This document shows, in pieces, positions 1 to 9,257 of a stretch of 64,000 bases of DNA (positions are counted from its first letter, which is position 1; each line of letters starts with the position of its first letter). The position numbers and the translations under genes are program-made. Source of the DNA: a virus (Duplodnaviria > Caudoviricetes). Location: positions 62,114-126,113 of the IMG/VR virus record IMGVR_UViG_3300028833_000083. One strand, 5' to 3'. The notes beneath the pieces were generated by a model, which did not search any database, was not told where the DNA came from, and saw only the letters and a list, made by a program, of their open reading frames with translations.

Positions 1-44
1 TGCTAGAGAAATAATTTTAAATTAAATAACGGAGGGAATTTATA

Positions 45-2573
45 GTGGGTGATTTTGGTTACAAGATCAACAACTATGAAGCAGGATCAGTGTATGAGGT
101 CATGACGGGGGTGCGCAAGAAGTACGACGCCAAGTGCGCCATGCTAACCAACTCACTGTTTCTCGACTTTTTGAAGGCTAACGGGTTGAGCACCCGAAAT
201 GAAAAGTATACGCGCGACGTGATATGCCTCAACTTCAATTATGGCAGCCGCACTTACGACGAGGAGCTAGCGCGTATCGACGTCTCATTGGAGGCAGACC
301 CTGACAATGAATACCTGAAGGCACTGCGTGAGGAATGCGTGGCAAACAAGGATAAGTTTGACTGCAAGAATGCAGACGAGATTCGTAAGATATTTTATGA
401 GAACGGGGTTACAATCCACTACAAGAACGGAGACGTGAAGTATAAATATCTGTACCGCACGGCTGGCAAGGCCAAGGTTGGTTCGTGTATGTTCATAAAA
501 CAAAGTTTATATAAAAAGGCTCATGACTTCCTCTACATGGGCCTCAAACTTCCAAAGCACGATGCACCAATTACGGAGTTTGGGGCGTATACATCATTAG
601 TAACTTCAACCATTGTGGGCAAAATAGAGATTAATCCCGAAGACATTGTAATACTTAATGATGTAAGGTCGGAGTTCAAGACCAATGTGGTAAGTGTAGA
701 GGTTGAGAATAATCAATGTAAGGCGGTATACCGCCAAGACTACACACTGGGCTGCGATATGTTTGATGGACAAGCATTGATAGATTTGTCTATATGTCCT
801 GAATGGACTAATGGATATGTGCTTCTTCGTCATCACTTTACAAAGGCGGCGGCATTTGCCACAGATATCCAAGGCTTTCTTAAAGACTATTTTGGTCAGA
901 AATATGATACAGCCTATCTGACGGATATGTGGGGCAATAAACATTTGGCCAAGAATGTAAAGGTGATTACCACTAATAATGCTTGTAAGTGGATTAAATA
1001 TGATTATCCTTATGAGAAGTGGTGCGAGAAGGTGCGCGAGAACGGATCAATGTTTGGCGTAGTCAAGACGGCACATCCCAGCAAGTTTGGTGATTACCAA
1101 AGAATGTCTTATCAAATGGTAAATGCACTTAACAATGATTTTGTGGAAGAGGTGGCCGCTCCAACCAGAGATTATGTGAAAGCATTAAAGACTGACACAA
1201 ATACATTCCTTGAGTTTCTAAAAAGAAATGCCAACTTCTCGAACGACTACGAAGCATTGCTGGCAATATGGACTCAAGATCATAGCTTTGAGCAGAGTGA
1301 GTATTTCAGAGAACGCAAGAAGAAGATTATATATGATTATACTACAAGCGTAAAAACTGGTAAGCTTCTTCAGAATGCTGATAATCTGGTAATATGTGGA
1401 AGTCCATATGCAATGCTCTTGCACTCTGTCGGAGAAGATGTGGGCAAAGATTGCACTTTTGATGTAGAGGAAGATGCAATTCAATGTTACTCGGAGAGAT
1501 TTGAGGACGGAGAATATTTGGCTGAGTTTAGAAATCCTTTTAATTCGCAAAACAATTTGGGATATCTACACAACAGATTACATCCGCTGATTAAAAAGTA
1601 TTTTAGATTAGGCAAGTTGTGTATAGCCGTCAACCTACAAGGAACAAGTTTCTGCGATAGAAACAACGGCTCAGATCAGGATAGCGATTCCATCTATACA
1701 ACTAACGCTCCCGCAATTGTGGAACATGCCAAGTATTGCTACAAGGTTTATCCGACAATAGTAAATAATATACCTAAGAGCAAAAAGAAATACGATTCAG
1801 ATCCTGCATCCTTTGCAGCCATGGACAATGCCTTAAGTGCAAGCCAAAGGAACATTGGGGAGTCAAGTAATCTTGCTCAGGTGTGCCTAACTTATACATA
1901 TAATTTTAAAGATCAAAAGTTCAAAGACTATGCTTGCATACTGGCGGTGCTTGCTCAAGCGGCTATAGACAGTAGTAAACGTACGTTTTCTATAGATATC
2001 ACAAATGAAATAAAGCGTATACGCGACGATATGAATATAAAGGAAACGAAGTATCCTCCGTTTTGGCAACAGATTAGAAAGGGCTTTCCAACAAACAGAA
2101 TAAATTTTAAGCTCGACTCTCCTATGTGTCGGCTATACAAAATGGAGTTTGAATCCTACAAGCCTACAACTGAGACTGTACCAACGGTAGACTTTTTTCA
2201 GAAGTATCCATTAGACATGACAAAGAAGATGTCGCGTAATGTTGAAAATCTTATACAGAAATATCAACTGGAATTGCTAGATAGCAGAATAGAAAAAGAA
2301 GATAGCGAGAATAACTCAGACAACTTCCTCTTGTTAAGAGAAGACTTTGATCAACTTGTTGAAGATATAAGGCGTATCGCATTGCCCAGTAAGTATGTTG
2401 GATTATTTAGCTGGCTACTCGATAGGGCATTTAGGATGACACCACAACTTGAACAGCAGACGGCTGGGTTGAAAAGTAAACTAAATAAGAATAGAGCGAT
2501 CTTATTAAGGGTTTTATATGAGGTAAATCCTGAAGCATTGCTCAAATGCTTTTCAAAAAATGTGTTAAATTGA
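45..2573 (+). CDS. YonO-like single-subunit DNA-dependent RNA polymerase (two-barrel, related to eukaryotic RdRP)
   Basis: 842 aa, GTG start after GGAGG; FDGQ motif, FRNP motif, catalytic DxDxD as GSDQDSD (D544), AIDSSK motif; lies upstream of the structural genes. Confidence 0.85.
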   Translation: MGDFGYKINNYEAGSVYEVMTGVRKKYDAKCAMLTNSLFLDFLKANGLSTRNEKYTRDVICLNFNYGSRTYDEELARIDVSLEADPDNEYLKALREECVANKDKFDCKNADEIRKIFYENGVTIHYKNGDVKYKYLYRTAGKAKVGSCMFIKQSLYKKAHDFLYMGLKLPKHDAPITEFGAYTSLVTSTIVGKIEINPEDIVILNDVRSEFKTNVVSVEVENNQCKAVYRQDYTLGCDMFDGQALIDLSICPEWTNGYVLLRHHFTKAAAFATDIQGFLKDYFGQKYDTAYLTDMWGNKHLAKNVKVITTNNACKWIKYDYPYEKWCEKVRENGSMFGVVKTAHPSKFGDYQRMSYQMVNALNNDFVEEVAAPTRDYVKALKTDTNTFLEFLKRNANFSNDYEALLAIWTQDHSFEQSEYFRERKKKIIYDYTTSVKTGKLLQNADNLVICGSPYAMLLHSVGEDVGKDCTFDVEEDAIQCYSERFEDGEYLAEFRNPFNSQNNLGYLHNRLHPLIKKYFRLGKLCIAVNLQGTSFCDRNNGSDQDSDSIYTTNAPAIVEHAKYCYKVYPTIVNNIPKSKKKYDSDPASFAAMDNALSASQRNIGESSNLAQVCLTYTYNFKDQKFKDYACILAVLAQAAIDSSKRTFSIDITNEIKRIRDDMNIKETKYPPFWQQIRKGFPTNRINFKLDSPMCRLYKMEFESYKPTTETVPTVDFFQKYPLDMTKKMSRNVENLIQKYQLELLDSRIEKEDSENNSDNFLLLREDFDQLVEDIRRIALPSKYVGLFSWLLDRAFRMTPQLEQQTAGLKSKLNKNRAILLRVLYEVNPEALLKCFSKNVLN

Positions 2574-2717
2574 CCCATTTTTGGGTACCCCTCAAGGCGT
2601 TGAATCGGCTGGAAGCCGCATAAATACTGGGGTTTTAATACAAAACTAAAGTTACCATATGAAGAGGGTGGCGCTATTGCCACCCACAACATATGGGAAT
2701 ATACGGAGGAAACTTGA

Positions 2718-3344
2718 ATGAACGGTAAAGTAATTGATATTGCGTCTATTTTTACAAATGACGATACTTCGACTTGGGACAAGCAGCAAGCTTGGTTTCT
2801 GTCGAACAGAATAATTATCTTTGATAACGAGGTGGATGTTCCACTGCTTAGGGATGTGTCAGCATGGATCCTCCAGTGGAACCTTGAAGATCTTCCACTA
2901 GCAAAGAGAGACAGACAGCCTATTACTATTATTATCCATAGTATGGGCGGTGACATGTATACAGCTGGAAACATTATAGATGTAATCGCTACATCTGAGA
3001 CCCCCGTGAGAACAATTGCTCTCGGTCTTGTGGCCTCAGCCGCATATTATATTTATTTGTCGGCACCTGAGAGATATGCGTTTAAGAATAGCATCTTTCT
3101 GCAGCATGATGGTGGGGTAGATTTATCTAACTCAAACAATAAAGCTAAAGATACTATGAAGTTCTTCGACTCAATGAATGAGCGTGTAAAGCAGCATGTC
3201 ATTAGTAACACAGAGATAAGCGAGGAACTTTACAAGGAAAATGATGATCGTGAGTGGTGGATGTATGCAGACACTGCTAAGGAACTTGGAATCGTACATA
3301 AGATCATAGGCGAAGATATAAGCCTTAAACAGATATTTAAATAA
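2718..3344 (+). CDS. clpP: ClpP-like serine protease (S14)
   Basis: IHSMGGD, GLVASAA (catalytic Ser), FLQH (His), REWWMYADTAKELGIV. Confidence 0.85.
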   Translation: MNGKVIDIASIFTNDDTSTWDKQQAWFLSNRIIIFDNEVDVPLLRDVSAWILQWNLEDLPLAKRDRQPITIIIHSMGGDMYTAGNIIDVIATSETPVRTIALGLVASAAYYIYLSAPERYAFKNSIFLQHDGGVDLSNSNNKAKDTMKFFDSMNERVKQHVISNTEISEELYKENDDREWWMYADTAKELGIVHKIIGEDISLKQIFK

Positions 3345-3354
3345 AGGAGATTAA

Positions 3355-4560
3355 ATGGATATAACGGCAGAACTTCAGAAGCTCGGCATGAGCGAAGAAG
3401 AATATGAACAGTGTTTAACAGATATACAAGACAAACTTGACGGATCATCCGATCTTGACTGGGAAGAGATTCGCAATAAGTACAATATACCTTATGCAAC
3501 TGACGTATTGAGAAAAGCGAATGGCACGATCTTCGGCGGTTATGCCGTCAGAAAATATATGGAAGATAGGTTGGTTGGAACTAAGCTTGGCGACCAGATT
3601 CTTGATCTTAGAAAAGAGAGATATAAGGTTCAGACTGAAAAGCTTGAGCTTAACAAGAACCTTAGGGAGGCGGCCAGAGACGAGCTTATTATGGAACACA
3701 TTAAGCAAGCCATTAAGGAACTTCCACCTATTGACATCCCCAAACGTATCGAGGTTACTGAGAATGACAAAGAATATCTTCTCTGTTTTGCCGATGCGCA
3801 CTATGGCATTGAATTTGAGATTAAGGATCTCTTTGGAAATGTAATTAATGCTTATAGCCCTGAGATTTTCGTAGAAAGAATGAACGCTCTTTTGTCTGAG
3901 GTCGTTATGACTATTAAGAAAGAGGGCATTAGAAAGATTTCTGTATGGGAGCTGGGCGATGCCATTCAGGGTATGCTTCGTCTTAATTCACAGCTTATGC
4001 AACTGCGTTATGGAGTAATTGAGTCATCGCTACTTTATGCTGAGTATGTAGCCAATTGGTTGAGCGAACTTAGCAAATATGTGGCAATTGATTTCCAGAT
4101 GGTAGTTGATAGTAATCATAATCAGCTTAGACTTTGTGGTGCACCTAAGAACGCATTTCCTGACGAGAATATGAGCAAGGTCATTAGCTCATTCCTTAAG
4201 GAGAGACTTAAGAATAATTCTAATATAACCATTACTGAGAATCCTACTGGTATGAACTACGGCGACTTTGCTGGTTCGAAGATCCTTGGTATTCATGGTG
4301 AAGTTAAGAATTTAGGTGTAGCAATTAATGATTTGTCTCGTGCCTATAATGCAAGCGTTGATTATATTATTGCTGGACATAAGCATCATGCAGACGCTGT
4401 TGAGGTTGGTATGGATGCAGAAGCAATTCACATTCGCAGCATCATAGGCGTAGATCCTTATGGTATGTCATTAAATAGAACTTCAAATGCTGGTGCTTCA
4501 TTGTTTGTATTTGAAAGAGGCAAAGGCAAAGTATGTGAGTACACATACAAACTGAATTAA
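3355..4560 (+). CDS. Calcineurin-like metallophosphoesterase with N-terminal helical/coiled-coil region
   Basis: DAHYG, LGD, SNH, IHGE and GHKHH motifs in canonical order. Confidence 0.8.
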   Translation: MDITAELQKLGMSEEEYEQCLTDIQDKLDGSSDLDWEEIRNKYNIPYATDVLRKANGTIFGGYAVRKYMEDRLVGTKLGDQILDLRKERYKVQTEKLELNKNLREAARDELIMEHIKQAIKELPPIDIPKRIEVTENDKEYLLCFADAHYGIEFEIKDLFGNVINAYSPEIFVERMNALLSEVVMTIKKEGIRKISVWELGDAIQGMLRLNSQLMQLRYGVIESSLLYAEYVANWLSELSKYVAIDFQMVVDSNHNQLRLCGAPKNAFPDENMSKVISSFLKERLKNNSNITITENPTGMNYGDFAGSKILGIHGEVKNLGVAINDLSRAYNASVDYIIAGHKHHADAVEVGMDAEAIHIRSIIGVDPYGMSLNRTSNAGASLFVFERGKGKVCEYTYKLN

Positions 4561-4574
4561 ATAAAGCTTGTTAC

Positions 4575-4612
4575 TAGGGGCGGGTGTAAATCCGCCCTTA
4601 TTTTATTTTCAT
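4575..4612 (+). terminator. Intrinsic terminator
   Basis: TAGGGGCGGG-tgtaaa-TCCGCCCTTA stem followed by a T-rich tract, just after the stop at 4560. Confidence 0.75.
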
Positions 4613-4670
4613 TTTTCTTTCCGTTGGCACCTTTCTCACTTATGTCCTATAGGTGGGAGGGGTGCATCAT

Positions 4671-4738
4671 GGTGCTGGTGGCAGATGCGCATACAAGGCG
4701 CGCCAGTTAATGCGGCGGTTCGATTCCCCGCGGCACCT
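4671..4738 (+). ncRNA. tRNA-like element lacking a D-arm
   Basis: GGTGCTG/CGGCACC acceptor-type stem; GGTTCGATTCC T-loop on a bulged stem; central hairpin TGCGC-ATACAAG-GCGCG. Confidence 0.5.
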
Positions 4739-4742
4739 TTTA

Positions 4743-4975
4743 TTACATTGGCGTGGAGTGAAAAGGCTAAACAATTATAACCTAAACGTTAGGGGAGACG
4801 TATATCCCTTGCCGAGTCAATGTAAAATTCCTTGTCGGAAACGACATGTGTCCTGCGCGGTGACGTTAAACGAGCGTATAGGCAATATATAGGTTCATAA
4901 CCTGATATTGCCGCTACAGTGCCTATAGGGCATAAATAGTTACAGCAGGCGGGGCGAATGCCCCGCCATTTTAAT
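4743..4975 (+). ncRNA. Unassigned structured RNA region ending in a terminator-like hairpin
   Basis: TTACATTGGC/GTCAATGTAA 10-bp closing stem; TGTCG-GAAA-CGACA tetraloop; GGCAATAT/ATATTGCC stem; GGCGGGGC-GAAT-GCCCCGCC then ATTTT. Confidence 0.45.
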
Positions 4976-4999
4976 TATATACAAAAGGAGGTATTCAAT

Positions 5000-5305
5000 A
5001 TGTATAGAGGAACTACACCGACTCTAACCTTAGAATTAGACACGGATGTATCTCTTGCTAACCTTACTGAAATGTGGGTTACTTTTAAGACGGCTAATGC
5101 AGAAGTCAACAAGACGTTGGCTGATGTTGTAATAGATGATACAAATAAAACTATTGAAGTGCCTCTTTCACAAGAAGACACTTTGGCAATTAATGGTAGA
5201 AGTTGTTCTGTGCAAGTCAGATTTAAGACAAACAATGATCTGGCTTATGCTACTACAATTTCTAGTATAGATGTGGAGAATGTATTAAAAGATGGGGTGA
5301 TCTAA
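5000..5305 (+). CDS. Small Ig-like virion protein (BppU N-terminal-like, RGTTPT family)
   Basis: AAGGAGG before ATG 5000; MYRGTTPTLTL...LSQEDTL; paralog at 36970. Confidence 0.6.
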   Translation: MYRGTTPTLTLELDTDVSLANLTEMWVTFKTANAEVNKTLADVVIDDTNKTIEVPLSQEDTLAINGRSCSVQVRFKTNNDLAYATTISSIDVENVLKDGVI

Positions 5306-5306
5306 T

Positions 5307-5678
5307 ATGGAACCATCAGAAATTAAAATCCCATTAAAAGTAGACAATGCTCAACTAATAAAATTAGAGATTGATGATTCTCCAATAAAATTAAAAGTTA
5401 AAGACAATGCTACTCCTATACGTTTAAAAGTAGCGACACAAAATGCGATTAGTTTAAAAGTTGGAAAAGAAGCTCCTATAAAATTAAAGGTAAGCGAAGA
5501 AAGAAACACTGGAGGACTTCCAGTGTATCGCGGAGACACTGTTATAACTCCAAAGCCTTATGAGAGTACACAACTTAATACTAGTCAGAAGATACTTATG
5601 GATAATATAGTTGTCGAAGAAATACCCCATTACGAAACAAGTAATCCCAAGGGTATGACTTTTATTATTGGAGGATGA
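5307..5678 (+). CDS. Hypothetical virion protein with periodic I(K/R)LKV repeats
   Basis: Several ~10-11-residue repeats, then YRGDTVITP...VEEIPHYETSN. Confidence 0.6.
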   Translation: MEPSEIKIPLKVDNAQLIKLEIDDSPIKLKVKDNATPIRLKVATQNAISLKVGKEAPIKLKVSEERNTGGLPVYRGDTVITPKPYESTQLNTSQKILMDNIVVEEIPHYETSNPKGMTFIIGG

Positions 5679-5682
5679 TAAC

Positions 5683-6270
5683 ATGGCTATTAATAAAGTC
5701 GTATTTGGAAACGACGTGCTTATAGATCTTACGGCAGATACAATTACGGCTGCCGATCTTGCGAGTGGTGTTACGGCACATGATGCCAGCGGCGCCACTA
5801 TTACTGGTACTAATACTAACGACTCAGACACTAGTGAAGACACTGCGCTTGTCGCTGAAGTTCTTAGTGGTAAAACTGCACACGCAAGGGGTGCTCAGCT
5901 CGTAGGTACAATGCCTAACCGTGGAGCTATTAATGAGAACATAAGCATGAAGGCTCAGGTGGTAACTGTCCCGCAAGGTTATCATGACGGCTCTGGAACC
6001 GTGCAAATTAATGCAACAGAGCAAGCAAAGATTATTGCGGAAAACATTAAAAATGGAGTAGAAATTCTCGGTGTAACTGGTACGTATTCTGGTGGTGGTT
6101 CTACCGCACAAGCGAAGACTGTTACACCTTATACAACTCAGCAGACTGTATTACCAGATCAGGGATATGATTATCTGTCTCAGGTAGTAGTTAATGCTAT
6201 TTCTTACACAGAGACGCTTAATGCTGCTGGTGGATACACTGCGACTATTGGCGATGTACAAACTGTTTAA
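5683..6270 (+). CDS. Fibre/decoration-like protein (MAINKV family)
   Basis: GGAGG before ATG 5683; VPQGYHDGSG and ENIKNGVEILGVTGT motifs; N-terminus shared with 6290. Confidence 0.65.
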   Translation: MAINKVVFGNDVLIDLTADTITAADLASGVTAHDASGATITGTNTNDSDTSEDTALVAEVLSGKTAHARGAQLVGTMPNRGAINENISMKAQVVTVPQGYHDGSGTVQINATEQAKIIAENIKNGVEILGVTGTYSGGGSTAQAKTVTPYTTQQTVLPDQGYDYLSQVVVNAISYTETLNAAGGYTATIGDVQTV

Positions 6271-6289
6271 TTGATTTAAAGGAGAGACT

Positions 6290-8215
6290 ATGGCTATTAA
6301 TAAAGTGGAGTTTGGCGGACAAACTCTAATAGATTTAACAGCAGACACTGTTACGCCAAGTACGCTTATGGCTGGAGAAACGGCTCATGATCGGAGTGGT
6401 GCAGCCATAGTTGGTACTGCAACTGGTGGGTCAACAACGTTGGCGCAACTAACCGATGTTAATCTAACGAACCTATCAGGTGGACAAATAATTAAATATA
6501 ATTCTACCACTCAGAAATGGGAAAATGTAGATGAGGGTAGTAGTGATAGCGGTGCTGTAAGAATAGTGTCGGAAAGTATTTTTGAGGCTACTGCAGATAC
6601 TGAAGTAAATGTAGATTATACTTTAACACATTCTATAGATGATTATAGTTTTATAAGTATTTATAATGGTGTGTGGAGTGAGTATACTGGAGCTGGAGAA
6701 AAGTGGGTAGAAGATGCTTTTATTCCAGTGCAAACTTTAAATGCTATTTATGATGCTGGTAAGCAATATGCGGTTACAAGTTATGGTCAGAGATATTTGC
6801 ATTTGGTTATACACGACACAACTTTACGAGCTATTGCAAAAAATAGTCTTGCTGTTTGTAAAATAGTTGGACATAAAATAGTTGGTGGTAGCGACATAGT
6901 ACATTTGACTAAAGCACAATACGATGCTCTACCAGATACTAAATTATCAGATAATAAAATCTATATGATTGACGATGCACCATCTAGTGATACCGAGGAC
7001 AAGCATATTATTCTTGATTCGGAAGATACTGTGTACCCACAAAGAAGTTTTCTACAGTTTACTGGCAACGCAAGTATAACTGATGATGAGACAAATGACA
7101 AAACCATTATTGATATTGTTGGCGGTGGCGGTGGCGGAGCGACCATGCTCCTAAACACGATTTATTCAGATGTGGAGAAAAAAATAGGTTATTGGCGTGA
7201 CAATAAACCCTTATATCAGAAAACTATTGTTGATACTATTGCGGCGGATACTTGGAAAGTTATTGATGTTTCAAGCCTCAACATTGACTTTTTTTCGTTT
7301 TGCGACTGTACCACTCTCGTTGAGAGTTCGGGAAATATGGTAAGTTATGGTGCTTACTTTGGAAACAAGGACGAGTTAAATGCTTACTATGACCGAGCAC
7401 AAGATAGCATATATGTTAAAGAGGTTAATTCGGTAATTGCTGGCACTTTGTATATTACAATAAGGTATACCAAAACCACCGACACACCCGAGCCAAACCC
7501 CGAATTTGGGAATACTATTTATCTCCCGACTATTTACTCGGAAGAAGAAAAAGAAGTGGGCGTTTGGATAGACAATAAGCCTCTTTATCAAAAGACATTT
7601 GTCTATGATTGCACAAACACATCAAATCCACAAGAGGCATTGGATTGCGGCTCACTTGAAGAAATCAAAGTAACAAAAGATGCATATTTTATAAATTCTC
7701 TTGGTGATATTGTTCATACATGGTGGGTGGACGTTAATTTTTGGGAATATTTATGGGAGGCAACGTCTGGTCATTATAAATGTCTTGTCAAACGAAATAC
7801 GAGTTATAGCGAATGGCAAAGCGGTGTCAAATTTGTATGCACATATCAGTACACAAAGACTACCGACACGGCGGGTTCGGGAACATGGACACCCGAGGGA
7901 GTTCCAGCACATCATTACTCAACGAGTGAGCAAGTTATCGGGACATGGATAGATGGGAAACCTCTTTATGAAAAAGTATTTGACGGTTTATCAGTTTCTT
8001 TAAACGGTGTTAATTGGGTTTACTACAATGACATCAATTTTATTGATAATATTGCCGATTTGAAAGCGTACACGAATAATAGTGGGCGATATTTGAGGTG
8101 TGCTATATCTGAATATCAGAGGAGCGACACAAACGGAGTAATGCTTTCGGGATTTAACAATTTTAATAGAACTATAAACCGTATGGTCTTGCAATACACA
8201 AAAACAACGGATTAA
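6290..8215 (+). CDS. Modular fibre-like protein
   Basis: MAINKV N-terminus, KYNSTTQKWEN module, LTKAQYDAL motif, three YS.E..(I/V)G.W.D.KPLY.K...YTKTTD domains. Confidence 0.7.
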   Translation: MAINKVEFGGQTLIDLTADTVTPSTLMAGETAHDRSGAAIVGTATGGSTTLAQLTDVNLTNLSGGQIIKYNSTTQKWENVDEGSSDSGAVRIVSESIFEATADTEVNVDYTLTHSIDDYSFISIYNGVWSEYTGAGEKWVEDAFIPVQTLNAIYDAGKQYAVTSYGQRYLHLVIHDTTLRAIAKNSLAVCKIVGHKIVGGSDIVHLTKAQYDALPDTKLSDNKIYMIDDAPSSDTEDKHIILDSEDTVYPQRSFLQFTGNASITDDETNDKTIIDIVGGGGGGATMLLNTIYSDVEKKIGYWRDNKPLYQKTIVDTIAADTWKVIDVSSLNIDFFSFCDCTTLVESSGNMVSYGAYFGNKDELNAYYDRAQDSIYVKEVNSVIAGTLYITIRYTKTTDTPEPNPEFGNTIYLPTIYSEEEKEVGVWIDNKPLYQKTFVYDCTNTSNPQEALDCGSLEEIKVTKDAYFINSLGDIVHTWWVDVNFWEYLWEATSGHYKCLVKRNTSYSEWQSGVKFVCTYQYTKTTDTAGSGTWTPEGVPAHHYSTSEQVIGTWIDGKPLYEKVFDGLSVSLNGVNWVYYNDINFIDNIADLKAYTNNSGRYLRCAISEYQRSDTNGVMLSGFNNFNRTINRMVLQYTKTTD

Positions 8216-8226
8216 AGGAGAATATT

Positions 8227-8466
8227 ATGGGACAAATAGTGTCAAATGGGAAAAAGTACTCTGGTGGTGGATCGTCAACTCAGTGGAATCAAGTTCAAAA
8301 CACTGGTGTTAAGATTGCCGAAATAATTATAGATGGAGTACAAACAAACGTATTTGCTCCCAGTGGTAGTGGTGGCAATGGTAAACGTTTGTGTGGAGCT
8401 TTTATGCAAAAACCTTATAATATTGGAGTCATTGGTAAATCAGGTACTCCTACATTTTACACATAA
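8227..8466 (+). CDS. Small fibre-associated protein
   Basis: RBS AAGGAG; paralog of 19300..19473 (YSGGG...W.Q...TG.KIAEI.I.GV..NV). Confidence 0.6.
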   Translation: MGQIVSNGKKYSGGGSSTQWNQVQNTGVKIAEIIIDGVQTNVFAPSGSGGNGKRLCGAFMQKPYNIGVIGKSGTPTFYT

Positions 8467-8480
8467 AGAGGAGACATGAA

Positions 8481-9146
8481 ATGATTACATTTAATGAATA
8501 TCCAATTGATGAAAACTTCGATCCAGAAGAACTTGCATCAAGACTTGACATGAATTGGGATAGTGAGAATGGAGTGTTATATAAAGGTACAGATAAAGCA
8601 AATGGTTTTAAGATTACTATTGCTACTAATTATATCACTGTGAATTCATGGATTTCAAATGATTCTACTGGCGCAAACTATACAATTTATTCTCCAGTTA
8701 GATACATATTTAATTCGGATGAAACGGCTTGCGCATGGGGTGGAGCCCAGTATTCAAGTGGCTCAGCGATCCCTTTATTTTGGGCAGAAGCTAAAAGCCC
8801 AAGCGATAGCAATAAACATTATCTTTTTGGTAACACTTCAAATAATGGAACAAATGGAAGTAATGCACTTTGGACTTATGGAGCATGGTACTATGGATTC
8901 TTTTCGGCGAATTTATACAAATCGTCCTTAATCACTTCGTTTGCTCCATTAGCGGTAGACGATTTTCCAAGTAATGGTTATCCAAGTATTCCTTTATATT
9001 GTGAAAATGTTTATCTTCAGATTGTAGGAAATAGTGTTAATAACTATCAAGCAATAGAGTTAGATGGATATGACTATTTAATTTTAACCACTGGTGGTAA
9101 TGCGGAGCGAGTTCGTGTTGTATTACCAATTGGTGAATCGTCATAA
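8481..9146 (+). CDS. Hypothetical beta-rich virion protein
   Basis: RBS GAGGAG; 221-aa ORF in the fibre cluster. Confidence 0.55.
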   Translation: MITFNEYPIDENFDPEELASRLDMNWDSENGVLYKGTDKANGFKITIATNYITVNSWISNDSTGANYTIYSPVRYIFNSDETACAWGGAQYSSGSAIPLFWAEAKSPSDSNKHYLFGNTSNNGTNGSNALWTYGAWYYGFFSANLYKSSLITSFAPLAVDDFPSNGYPSIPLYCENVYLQIVGNSVNNYQAIELDGYDYLILTTGGNAERVRVVLPIGESS

Positions 9147-9257
9147 AAAATAATTGATTAAAAGGAGAAAAATGATATGAATTACAAGATAGATTCAAAT
9201 CATTTGATTCAGATTTATAATATTTATCAATACAAGAATGATTGAAAGGACAATAGG

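Noticed and set aside
2351-2974. 207-aa minus-strand ORF and other long antisense ORFs (28717..29415, 29546..30163, 30937..31500, 40096..40857, 47572..48186)
   Set aside because: They shadow well-supported plus-strand genes, have no recognisable motifs, and fit the codon bias of the sense strand
4568-4892. ORFs 4568..4780 and 4653..4892
   Set aside because: Non-ATG starts without a convincing RBS; they run through a terminator and dense RNA stems
4919-4945. Resemblance of GTGCC-TATAG-GGCAT-AAATAG to the pistol ribozyme P1 and AAAUAG linker; also looked for HDV/theta-like folds after both tRNA-like elements
   Set aside because: No downstream pseudoknot partner or P2/P3, and no nested double pseudoknot could be built by eye; needs a covariance-model search
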